Shown here: positions 32,907 through 40,850 of the stretch, one piece after another | Numbering within the stretch: the stretch's first letter is position 1 | Layout of the letters: each line of letters opens with the position of its first letter | Virus record (IMG/VR): IMGVR_UViG_3300005980_000002 | Strand: one strand, 5' to 3' | DNA: 41,474 nucleotides | Origin: a virus | Program-made: the position numbers and the translations under genes | Notes under the pieces: generated by a model | The model's database searches: none | Seen by the model: only the letters and a program-made list of their open reading frames with translations | Told to the model about the DNA's origin: nothing

Positions 32907-33287
32907 GTGACGATCACGACCCATTCTAAGCCCCACCAGTACCTCTTCAACAAGGACCTCGCCGCCCAGGTCATCCACGCCGAGGTCCAGCACTTCGCCG
33001 CCGGCGCGAACCCCAACGGCGTCTCCGAAGACGAACTGCAGACCCTCACCCGCCGCATCTCCTGGCTCGTGGACCGCGACCTCAAATGGACCGACGTGGA
33101 CACCCTCGTCGCCTACGCCAACGAGTTCCGCACCATCGAGAACGGCACCCACCCCAACCTCCTCACCAACGCCGCCGGCACGGTCGATAACACCGCCCAC
33201 CTCCGCGACTCCCTGCTGCTGTCCATGTTCTGGGAGATCACCATGATCCTCGGCTCCATGGCCGCCCGGTGGGAGTGGTCCGCATGA
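32907..33287 (+). CDS. hypothetical protein
   Basis: ORF track 126 aa; GTG start with AGGAG upstream. Confidence 0.65.
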   Translation: MTITTHSKPHQYLFNKDLAAQVIHAEVQHFAAGANPNGVSEDELQTLTRRISWLVDRDLKWTDVDTLVAYANEFRTIENGTHPNLLTNAAGTVDNTAHLRDSLLLSMFWEITMILGSMAARWEWSA

Positions 33288-33409
33288 TCTGCAAGCGCAT
33301 CCACCTCACGCCCCGCGGCCTGTGGATACGGGACCTGCTCGGCGCCCTGGTCGCCCTCATCATCATCCCGGGCTGCCTGCTCCTCGACGGAAAGATGCTC
33401 GGGCTATGA
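33284..33409 (+). CDS. small (41 aa) putative membrane protein
   Basis: Below the ORF-track cutoff. ATGA overlaps at both ends. Hydrophobic stretch LLGALVALIIIPGCLLL. Confidence 0.45.
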   Translation: MICKRIHLTPRGLWIRDLLGALVALIIIPGCLLLDGKMLGL

Positions 33410-33525
33410 GCTGCTACTGCCGAGGCTTCGGCCTCTGCGACACGTGCGAACAACACGTCTGCACCGGGGACTGCACCTGCAACCCCGATACCACAAACGA
33501 CACTACGAAAGGGGCCGGGCAGTGA
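33406..33525 (+). CDS. small (39 aa) Cys-rich protein
   Basis: Internal ATG of ORF 33322..33525; begins MSCYCRGFGLCDTCEQHVCTGDCTC... Confidence 0.45.
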   Translation: MSCYCRGFGLCDTCEQHVCTGDCTCNPDTTNDTTKGAGQ

Positions 33526-34292
33526 CGCCGAAACCCAAGGGCCTGTACTTCTCCGAAGAGGGGCACCGCTACTACCTCGACGGGGTCCGCACCACCTCCG
33601 TCACGACCGTCCTGTCAGGCGGGATCCCGAAGCCGTTCCTCGTGCCGTGGGCGGCCCGCCGGGCCGCCGAGTATGCGGTCGCGAACCCGGGCGCATCACT
33701 GGATGAAATCCGCACCGCCCCGGACCGGGAACGGGACGCCGCCGGCGTCCGCGGGACCGCCGTGCACGACCTCGCTGAGAAGATCATCCACGGCACCCCC
33801 GTGGACGTCCCGGACGAGCTCTACCCCTACGTTGACGGGTACGTGCGGTTCCTGGACGCGTTCCGGGTGGAGCCGGTCCTGATCGAGAAGACCGTTGCCC
33901 ACCGGGGCCTGGGGTACGCGGGCCGCTTTGACGCGGTCGTGAAGCTCCCGGGCCTGCACGGTGACGCCCCGGTCATGGTGGACCTGAAAACCTCCAACGG
34001 CGTGTACCGGGAAACGAAAGCCCAGTGCGCCGCGTATTCGTTCGCGGACTTCTACGTCGAAACCGACGCCCCCGAGATCGAACTCCCCTTGCCGGTGATT
34101 GAGGCGTCTTACGTCGCGCACATCACCCCCGATGGGACGTTCCTGCACCCGCTCGCCCGGGACCGGGCCGAGCTCGCCGAGCACTTCGAGGTGTTCAAGC
34201 ACGCGCACGCGATTTACCGGTTCGGGCTGGCGAAGCACAAAGTCCTGGACCCGATCCCCTACCCTGCTACCGAATTCGAGGCCGCATCATGA
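33522..34292 (+). CDS. PD-(D/E)XK (RecB/Cas4-like) exonuclease
   Basis: GTG 33522 in a GTGA overlap, in frame with ORF 33444..34292. Motifs ...GTAVH..., ...GRFDAVV..., ...MVDLKTS... Confidence 0.75.
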   Translation: MTPKPKGLYFSEEGHRYYLDGVRTTSVTTVLSGGIPKPFLVPWAARRAAEYAVANPGASLDEIRTAPDRERDAAGVRGTAVHDLAEKIIHGTPVDVPDELYPYVDGYVRFLDAFRVEPVLIEKTVAHRGLGYAGRFDAVVKLPGLHGDAPVMVDLKTSNGVYRETKAQCAAYSFADFYVETDAPEIELPLPVIEASYVAHITPDGTFLHPLARDRAELAEHFEVFKHAHAIYRFGLAKHKVLDPIPYPATEFEAAS

Positions 34293-34990
34293 CCGACAAA
34301 AAGACCACGGGCCTCGCCCGACTCCGGGAACCGTTCGAACCGAACCAGATCAACTTCCTTCCCCGCGCCGTCCGCAAGAACGACAACGACCGGTTCCAGT
34401 GCCGCCAGGGCACCAAAGCCTCCGTGGACGGCAAATACTGCGGCGGCTACCACTCCGCTTCCATCCACCTGGACTACGTCGGCCACGCTGCCCTTACCGA
34501 CCGCCTCCTCGAGGTCGACCCCGAATGGTCGTGGGAGCCGCTGGCCATTGGGGAGAACGGCCTCCCGGTGTTCGACCGTGACGGCGGCCTGTGGATCAAG
34601 CTGTCCATCTGCGGCTTGACGCGCCTCGGTTACGGCGACGCGCAGGGCAAGTCCGGTGGGAACGCGGTGAAGGAAGCGATCGGTGACGCACTCCGTAACG
34701 CCGGGATGCGGTTCGGCGCCGCACTGGACCTGTGGCATAAGGGCGACCTGCACGACGCCGCCGAGGAGCAGGGTCAGGGGCAGGCACCCGCCGAACCTGC
34801 TGCGGCGCCCCGCACGCTCAACCGTGCACCGGCTGTACCTGACGATGTCATGGCCGAATGGAAGCGACAGCTCGACGAATGCCAGGACAGCGACGACTTC
34901 CGGGCGCTCTGGGCCGCGGCCAAGGAAGAGGGAGCCCCTGAGCAGATCCTCGCCATGATCGTTGAGGCCGGGAAGAAGGCAGCGGCGTGA
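34289..34990 (+). CDS. single-strand annealing recombinase (Rad52/Sak-like; family assignment tentative)
   Basis: ORF track 233 aa. Contains ...LDYVGHAALTDRLLEVDPEWSWEP... and ...KEAIGDALRNAGMRFGAALDLW.... Paired with the exonuclease gene. Confidence 0.65.
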   Translation: MTDKKTTGLARLREPFEPNQINFLPRAVRKNDNDRFQCRQGTKASVDGKYCGGYHSASIHLDYVGHAALTDRLLEVDPEWSWEPLAIGENGLPVFDRDGGLWIKLSICGLTRLGYGDAQGKSGGNAVKEAIGDALRNAGMRFGAALDLWHKGDLHDAAEEQGQGQAPAEPAAAPRTLNRAPAVPDDVMAEWKRQLDECQDSDDFRALWAAAKEEGAPEQILAMIVEAGKKAAA

Positions 34991-35349
34991 ACACCCCCAC
35001 TGTCAACGACGTCATCCTGACCCTCGCCCAGCTCGGCAGGGACTTGGACAACAAGCAGGACGAGATCGCCCGGCTGGATGAGGAAGCGGTCCGCGCCCGG
35101 GCCCGGTTCGAGGTGTCCTTCGCCCGGGCGTTTATCCAGGCCGCCGGCGCGGAGGGGTTGCGGAAGCAGACGGCGGTGTTGGAGACGGAGGCAGCGAAGC
35201 TGGACGCGGAGATCGCGGATCAGAAGCTCCGGGCCGCACGGGAAGCGATCCGGGTGTTGCGGGACCGGCTGGACATCGGCCGGTCCTTGAACTCCGCGAT
35301 CAAGTCCGAGTGGTCCGCGCAGGGCGCGGGGCAGGGGATGGCAGCATGA
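34987..35349 (+). CDS. hypothetical coiled-coil protein
   Basis: ORF track 120 aa; GTGA overlap. Confidence 0.6.
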   Translation: MNTPTVNDVILTLAQLGRDLDNKQDEIARLDEEAVRARARFEVSFARAFIQAAGAEGLRKQTAVLETEAAKLDAEIADQKLRAAREAIRVLRDRLDIGRSLNSAIKSEWSAQGAGQGMAA

Positions 35350-35816
35350 ATGACCGCCAGTTCGCCCTCTTCATGAGCCACGTCGAGATATCTGACGGTT
35401 GCTGGAATTGGACTGGAACCACTGACCGCGCCGGCTACGGCATGGTCCGGGCTGGGGCTCACATGGTGCTAGTGCACCGCCACATGTTCACCCATGCAGT
35501 CGGAGAGATCCGACCTGGGATGGAGGTGGACCACATCTGCCACAACAGGTCATGTGTGAGGCCGTACCACCTGCGGGAAGTGACCCGCAAGCAGAACATG
35601 GAAAACCTCTCAGGCGCCCTGTCCACGAATAAGTCCGGAATCCGCGGTGTCTACTGGCGCCCAGACAAGCAGAAATGGATTGTCCAGGTCGGGCACAACA
35701 AGCGCAAGCACCACGGCGGGATGTTCAACACTGCCGAGGAGGCCGAACAAGCGGCCATTGCACTCCGGAACAGCCTCTACACCCACAACGAAGCAGACAG
35801 GAAGGTAGCGTCATGA
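35346..35816 (+). CDS. HNH endonuclease with a C-terminal AP2-type DNA-binding domain
   Basis: Internal ATG of ORF 35310..35816. HNH part: ...CWNWTG...GYG...VDHICHNRSCVRPYHL...QNMEN. AP2-like part: ...SGIRGVYWRPDKQKWIVQVGHN...FNTAEEAEQAA... Confidence 0.85.
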   Translation: MNDRQFALFMSHVEISDGCWNWTGTTDRAGYGMVRAGAHMVLVHRHMFTHAVGEIRPGMEVDHICHNRSCVRPYHLREVTRKQNMENLSGALSTNKSGIRGVYWRPDKQKWIVQVGHNKRKHHGGMFNTAEEAEQAAIALRNSLYTHNEADRKVAS

Positions 35817-36154
35817 ACGGCCGATCCTTTGCTCTCTACCTCGCCCGCGATATGCACTGCCCCTGTGGGTGTGTGGGCCGTGAGGACACGTTCGTCCCAC
35901 AGCACCGCATTAACCGTGGCATGGGTGGGTCCAAGGTCCTTGACCGGCCGGCGAACGTGATCGTCCTGTGTGCCGAATGGAACGGGCTCATCGAGTCGAA
36001 CCCGAACTGCGCGGCCCTGGCACGCGACTACGGGTGGAAGCTCTCCCGCTGGGACTCCCCTGAAGACACACCATTCTGGGACATCGCAACGCGCACCTGG
36101 AACCTGATCGACAACACCTACAACCGCGTAATCACAACGAAGAAAGCAGCGTAA
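35813..36154 (+). CDS. second HNH-family endonuclease
   Basis: Internal ATG of ORF 35675..36154. Contains CPCGC...[12 protein letters not shown]...[15 protein letters not shown]. Confidence 0.65.
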   Translation: MNGRSFALYLARDMHCPCGCVGREDTFVPQHRINRGMGGSKVLDRPANVIVLCAEWNGLIESNPNCAALARDYGWKLSRWDSPEDTPFWDIATRTWNLIDNTYNRVITTKKAA

Positions 36155-36156
36155 AC

Positions 36157-36642
36157 ATGGCAGGCGAAACCACGATCACAGTGATCGGCAATCTGACCAA
36201 CGACCCCGAGCTCCGCTTCACCCCGAGCGGATCCGCGGTCGCGAACTTCACGATCGCATCAACCCCGAGGACGCTCGACAAGCAGAGCAACGAGTGGAAG
36301 GACGGGGAGACCCTGTTCCTCCGGGCCAGTGTGTGGCGGGAGGCTGCTGAGAACGTCACCGAGTCCCTGACCAAGGGTATGCGCGTCATCGTCTCCGGCC
36401 GGCTCAAGTCCCGGTCCTACGAAACCAAGGAAGGCGAGAAGCGCACCGTCATCGAGCTGGAAGTCGACGAGATCGGGCCGTCCTTGAAGTACGCGAACGC
36501 GAAGGTAAACCGCACCCAGCGCTCCGGAGGGCAGGGGAACAGCGGAGGCAACACCCAGGGCGATGGGCAGTGGGGCGGTAACCAGCCGGCCCAGGACGAT
36601 CCGTGGGGCAACGGCGGAGCCGACGCCGAGCCGCCCTTCTAG
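36157..36642 (+). CDS. ssb: single-stranded DNA-binding protein
   Basis: ORF track 161 aa. OB-fold N-terminus (...[18 protein letters not shown]...), Gly-rich linker and an acidic tail ending PPF. Confidence 0.9.
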   Translation: MAGETTITVIGNLTNDPELRFTPSGSAVANFTIASTPRTLDKQSNEWKDGETLFLRASVWREAAENVTESLTKGMRVIVSGRLKSRSYETKEGEKRTVIELEVDEIGPSLKYANAKVNRTQRSGGQGNSGGNTQGDGQWGGNQPAQDDPWGNGGADAEPPF

Positions 36643-36661
36643 GCACCGCCCGTACTACCTG

Positions 36662-36696
36662 GGACCCGTCCGGCACCATGCCGGGCGGGTCCTTTC
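36662..36696 (+). terminator. Intrinsic terminator after ssb
   Basis: 12-bp stem GGACCCGTCCGG/CCGGGCGGGTCC (one G-U), loop CACCATG, then TTTC. Confidence 0.65.
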
Positions 36697-36757
36697 GCGT
36701 GTGCGTAACTCGGCGGAAAATACTCACGCGACACGCCGAAATACTCGCGTATCTATA

Positions 36758-36785
36758 CGGAACTTACGCCATGTTGAGGTAAACT
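36758..36785 (+). promoter_or_regulatory. Promoter-like element CGGAAC-N16-TAAACT
   Basis: Same architecture as 32807 and 40562. Preceded by the direct repeats AATACTC(A)CGCG at 36717-36730 and 36740-36749. Confidence 0.4.
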
Positions 36786-36864
36786 ACTTGTGTAAGCAAA
36801 AGAAAAAACCTGCCTAGCGCTCGAACGCTAGACAGGCCATCGATCCAAAGGAACGGTCTCTGAA

Positions 36865-37095
36865 ATGAAGCATAAGCCCAATACAAGCGCGCCCGCAACC
36901 CCCGACGACCTCCGGGTCCTCCGCGAAGCATCCGAAGAGTACGAACGCCTCCGCACCGCCGCCAAAGAAGCCGCGGCCCGCAGGAAACTCCTCGCAGCCG
37001 CCGCCGCGAAAAAACACACGTACGCTGCCCTCGCCGAAGCCGCCGGCGTCTCCGTCGGCCACGCACACGTCCTCGTCAACGGACGCGCAGCATGA
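36865..37095 (+). CDS. hypothetical small protein with a possible C-terminal HTH
   Basis: ORF track 76 aa; contains ...HTYAALAEAAGVSVGHAHVLVNG... Confidence 0.6.
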   Translation: MKHKPNTSAPATPDDLRVLREASEEYERLRTAAKEAAARRKLLAAAAAKKHTYAALAEAAGVSVGHAHVLVNGRAA

Positions 37096-37760
37096 AGACG
37101 GTCATCAGCCTGTGCGACCTGACCGGCAACATGGTCACCCCGTGGGTAGAGGCCGGATACAACGTTGTCTTAGTAGACCCGCAGCATGGCACCACGCGTA
37201 CACAAACCATGCCCAACGGCGCTACGATCACCCGCTTTGCCGGCACCGTCGAAGATGCCATGCCGCTGATCGCCGCACTGATCACCGCCGGCGTCGTCGC
37301 TGCCGTCTTCGGCTTCCCGCCCTGCACGGACATGGCCGTGTCCGGCGCCCGCTGGTTCGAGGCTAAGCGCGCCGCGGACCGGATGTTCCAGGCGAAGGCC
37401 GTCATGGTGGCGGAGCAGTGCCGGACGATCGGCCGGCTATCCGGCGCCCCGTACATGGTGGAGAAGCCCGTCTCGGTCCTCGCGTCGGCGTTCGGGAAGC
37501 CGCAGCACACGTTCCACCCGGCGGACTTCACCGCCTACGAACCGGGGGACAACTACACGAAGAAGACGTGTCTATGGACTGGGGGGGGCTTCGTCATGCC
37601 GACACCCGCTAAAGACTCGCTACTGGGCGCCCCGGACAATCGGATTCACTTCGCGAGCCCCGGTCCGGAGCGCGCCAACTTCCGCAGCGCTACTCCGATG
37701 GGTTTTGCCCGGGCCGTATTCGACGCGAACCACCATCCGGCGCTGGAGGTGGCGGCATGA
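37092..37760 (+). CDS. short DNA cytosine-C5 methyltransferase-like protein
   Basis: ORF track 222 aa. Has an N-terminal SLCDLTGN (motif I-like), GFPPCTDMAVSG (PC motif IV-like) and MVEKP (ENV-like). No obvious long target-recognition domain. Confidence 0.55.
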   Translation: MKTVISLCDLTGNMVTPWVEAGYNVVLVDPQHGTTRTQTMPNGATITRFAGTVEDAMPLIAALITAGVVAAVFGFPPCTDMAVSGARWFEAKRAADRMFQAKAVMVAEQCRTIGRLSGAPYMVEKPVSVLASAFGKPQHTFHPADFTAYEPGDNYTKKTCLWTGGGFVMPTPAKDSLLGAPDNRIHFASPGPERANFRSATPMGFARAVFDANHHPALEVAA

Positions 37761-37963
37761 GCTGGAGCCGGGCCAAGACCGCGCAGGAGCGCCTGGACGA
37801 GGCGGAGCGGCTGCTCCGCGGTGGGGCGTCCCAGAAGGAAGTGAGCCGCACGACCGGGATCTCCCGCGGCGTCCTCGGCAAGCACTTCCCGGACCTGAAG
37901 TGGACATTCAAGGAGGCCGGAGAGTTCCGGGCCGCTACACGATATGTGAAGGTGACGATCTGA
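37757..37963 (+). CDS. small HTH DNA-binding protein
   Basis: ORF track 68 aa; contains ...GASQKEVSRTTGISRGVLGKHF... Confidence 0.6.
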   Translation: MSWSRAKTAQERLDEAERLLRGGASQKEVSRTTGISRGVLGKHFPDLKWTFKEAGEFRAATRYVKVTI

Positions 37964-38829
37964 TGGCACGCGATAGGGCGAACATCAACACGAATATCCA
38001 CACGGACCAGGACTGGCGGGACCTCACGATCGCGGAACAGCACCTCTACTGGCTCCTTTCCACCCACCCGGACCTGAACTACGTCGGCGTCGTGGACTGG
38101 CGCACAGCCCGCCTCTCAGCGATGGCGGCTGACGCCACACGGGAGGGCCTCCAGGCCACCGCCGAGAGCTTGCAGGACAAGCGGTTTGTGTTCATCGACG
38201 AGGACACGGAGGAGATCCTCGTGCGGTCGTTCATGCGGCACGACGGGCTGTTGAAGCAGCCGAAGCTGTCCATCTCGATGGTCAACGCTTACGGGTCGGT
38301 GGCGTCTAAGTACATCCGCGAGGTCGTGACTTTCGAGTTGCAGCGGCTCTTCGCGGAGTTCCCGGAGTGGGCTGCTTTCCGTCAGGAAAAGGTCATGGCT
38401 TTGGTCAAGGGTAAGGGTACGGATATGGCTGCGTTTACCCATGGCGTTACCCCTGCGTTTACCCTAAACGTTGCCCAAGCTGACCCCCTGCCTACTACTA
38501 CAGCTACTACTACAACTACAGAAGATAAATCTTCTACCCGCCCTACCGGGCCGGACGAGTTCGATCGGTGGTACTCGGCTTATCCGAGGAAGGTCGATAA
38601 GGGCCATGCCCGGACGGCGTTCAAGGCGGCCCGGAAGAAGACCAGCTTGGAGGTGCTCATGGCCGGGGTGGAGCGGTTCGCCCATGAGTCACAGGGGACC
38701 GAGGCGAAGTACCTCGCTTACCCGGCGACGTGGCTCAACGGGGAACGGTGGGAAGACACCACCCCGGAACAGACCGTCGTAACGGGCCCGTGGTCCAAGG
38801 ACTTCCACCAGACAGGAACCCACTCGTGA
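37963..38829 (+). CDS. replication organizer / helicase-loader-like protein
   Basis: Internal ATG of ORF 37705..38829 overlapping the upstream TGA. C-terminal ...FDRWYSAYPRKVDKGHARTAFKAARKK...YPATWLNGERWED is typical of phage replisome-organizer C-termini. Lies upstream of DnaB. Confidence 0.55.
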   Translation: MARDRANINTNIHTDQDWRDLTIAEQHLYWLLSTHPDLNYVGVVDWRTARLSAMAADATREGLQATAESLQDKRFVFIDEDTEEILVRSFMRHDGLLKQPKLSISMVNAYGSVASKYIREVVTFELQRLFAEFPEWAAFRQEKVMALVKGKGTDMAAFTHGVTPAFTLNVAQADPLPTTTATTTTTEDKSSTRPTGPDEFDRWYSAYPRKVDKGHARTAFKAARKKTSLEVLMAGVERFAHESQGTEAKYLAYPATWLNGERWEDTTPEQTVVTGPWSKDFHQTGTHS

Positions 38830-40130
38830 ACGATACGACAGCACCCCCGCAAGACGTCGACGCTGAACGTTCCACCCTGGGGTCGATGATGCTTTCGGCC
38901 GAGGTGATCCAGGACGTCACGGATCTGGTTACAGGGCCGGACTTTTACCGACCGGCGCACGAGACAATCTTCCGGACTATCCTCGATTTGCACGCCCGGC
39001 ACGAACCGGTCGACGTCGTAACCGTCTCGGACGCCCTCTCCCGCGATGGGGACGTCGAACGGGTCGGTGGAGTCGGATACCTGCATGAACTCGCCCAGGC
39101 GTGCCCCACGCCGTCTGCTGGGGGCTATTACGCGGGGATCGTGGCCAAGCAGGCCGTCCGCCGCCGGCTGGTTACCGCGGCGCACAAGATCGGGCAGCTC
39201 GCGCACCAGCCCGGGGATGAGTCGGAGCTCGTCGAGTTCGCCCGAAAGGAAGTCGACGCGACCTCCAAAGCCACCACACACACGGTTCAATCGTTCGGGG
39301 AGACCATCGACGCGATGCTCGGACAGCTCGATGAGAAGCCGAACTACATCCCCACACCGTGGGCGTCCCTGAACGAGATCATCGGCGGCCTGCGACCGGG
39401 CGGCCTGTACGTCGTCGGGGCCCGGCCCTCGGTCGGGAAGTCGGTCATCGCCCTGCAGTTGGCGAAGGCGATGACGGCGCACGGGTCGGTGGCGTTCTCC
39501 TCCCTCGAAATGAGCGAGTCGGACGTGCAGATGAGGGCCGTGTCCGCGGACCTCCGCATCGACCTGCGGCGCTTGATCGAACGGGACCTGACCGTGGAGG
39601 ACTGGGAGAAGATCCGACGCCGCCGCGCCGCGTGGGAGAACGTCCCCCTGTTCGTGGACGACAACTCCGGGCTGACGATCACGGACATCAAACGCTTCGC
39701 CCGGTCCGTGAACCGCCGTAAACCCCTCGCGGGCCTGGTCGTGGACTATCTGCAGCTCATGGCGCAGCCGCCCGGGGATAAGCGTCCCAGGCATGAGTTC
39801 GTGTCGGACATGTCCCGGCAGTTGAAAATCCTGGCGATGGACATGCGGATCCCGATCGTGGCCTTGTCTCAGTTGAACCGCGGGTCGACGCAGCGGGAGG
39901 ACAAGATGCCGACGATCGCTGATTTGCGGGAGTCGGGGTCGATTGAGCAGGACGCCGACGTGGTGATCCTGTTGCACAGGGAGATCATGGGCGAGAAGCG
40001 CGGGGACTTGGCGATGCTGGTCGCGAAGAACCGGAACGGGGCGACGAACGTCGCGCACCTGTCGTTCTGGGGGCACTACTCGATGGCGTTGGATCCGGGC
40101 ACACTCCCCCGTTCGGCGGCCGCGGCGTGA
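38826..40130 (+). CDS. dnaB: DnaB-family replicative helicase
   Basis: GTG 38826 in a GTGA overlap, in frame with ORF 38730..40130. N-terminus ...PQDVDAERSTLGSMML..., Walker A GARPSVGKS, and ...SQLNR... Confidence 0.9.
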   Translation: MNDTTAPPQDVDAERSTLGSMMLSAEVIQDVTDLVTGPDFYRPAHETIFRTILDLHARHEPVDVVTVSDALSRDGDVERVGGVGYLHELAQACPTPSAGGYYAGIVAKQAVRRRLVTAAHKIGQLAHQPGDESELVEFARKEVDATSKATTHTVQSFGETIDAMLGQLDEKPNYIPTPWASLNEIIGGLRPGGLYVVGARPSVGKSVIALQLAKAMTAHGSVAFSSLEMSESDVQMRAVSADLRIDLRRLIERDLTVEDWEKIRRRRAAWENVPLFVDDNSGLTITDIKRFARSVNRRKPLAGLVVDYLQLMAQPPGDKRPRHEFVSDMSRQLKILAMDMRIPIVALSQLNRGSTQREDKMPTIADLRESGSIEQDADVVILLHREIMGEKRGDLAMLVAKNRNGATNVAHLSFWGHYSMALDPGTLPRSAAAA

Positions 40131-40576
40131 GGGAGTGGGTGGTGACGGTCCCGGCCCCGGTGGTGAAGCCGGTCCGGAAACGCAAGACCGGGAAGCTGTT
40201 CCAGCGGACGGCGCTCCTGAACTCCAACGACAGGGACCATTGGCGGGTTACGCACCCGATCAAGGCGGGGTGGAGGGCGAACGCCGCCGCGGCCGCTGAG
40301 GGTGCGGGCCTGCCCCGGGGTTTGGGGCGGGTGGAGGTCACCGGCCTGGTGGTGAAGCCTCGCGCCGGCACGTATGACGCGCAGAACTTTTACCCGACGG
40401 CGAAGGCGGTTGTGGATGGGTTCATTGATCACGGCATGTGTGTGGATGATTCGAATGAGTTTGTGGTGGGCCCGTTTTTGTTCCCGGGTCCGAAGGGTGC
40501 GACGGCTTTGATTGTGACGGTCCGGGAGATCGCCGCGCCGGAAGAAACGACACCAACTTTACGGAACATCACGTAA
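40127..40576 (+). CDS. rusA: RusA-like Holliday junction resolvase
   Basis: ORF track 149 aa; contains ...YDAQNFYPTAKAVVDGFIDHGMCVDDS... Confidence 0.7.
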   Translation: MREWVVTVPAPVVKPVRKRKTGKLFQRTALLNSNDRDHWRVTHPIKAGWRANAAAAAEGAGLPRGLGRVEVTGLVVKPRAGTYDAQNFYPTAKAVVDGFIDHGMCVDDSNEFVVGPFLFPGPKGATALIVTVREIAAPEETTPTLRNIT

Positions 40577-40594
40577 CTTCTGTGGTAGGCTGTA
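40562..40594 (+). promoter_or_regulatory. Promoter-like element CGGAAC-N18-TAGGCT, paralogous to 32807-32837
   Basis: Shares ACGTAACTT (40571-40579) and GGTAGGCTGTA (40584-40594) with the 32.8 kb element. Overlaps the rusA stop. Confidence 0.45.
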
Positions 40595-40661
40595 AACAAC
40601 ATGAAGGAAGCCCCGGCGATGCGTGAACATCCCGGGGCCTTGACGGAAAGGAAGTTCCGCA

Positions 40662-40850
40662 ATGGTCATTCTAGCCGAAACGGTCCCGCCGGTGGTGCTG
40701 CTCGCGCAGCAGGTCCGCCGGGCGAGGGTCGCGTGTGAACGGGCCGACGCTGACGCTGCCCGCGCCGCGTCCGAAGCGGCAGAGGCCCGCAACCGCCTCA
40801 ACACCCTCGAAGCCGAGTACGCCGCCGCGAAGACCGGGGCAGCAGCATGA
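40662..40850 (+). CDS. hypothetical Ala-rich coiled-coil protein
   Basis: ORF track 62 aa. GGAAGTTCC lies 3 nt upstream of the ATG. Confidence 0.55.
   Translation: MVILAETVPPVVLLAQQVRRARVACERADADAARAASEAAEARNRLNTLEAEYAAAKTGAAA

Noticed and set aside
38718-40076. 452-aa minus-strand ORF
   Set aside because: Antisense to the DnaB helicase gene, which has a clear Walker A and N-terminal DnaB signature.
40601-40744. Short ORF starting at ATG 40601 downstream of the promoter-like element
   Set aside because: It overlaps gene 40662 out of frame and translates to a Gly/Ala/Arg-rich string. The stretch 40610-40638 is better read as a 5'-UTR hairpin (GCCCCGG/CCGGGGC).
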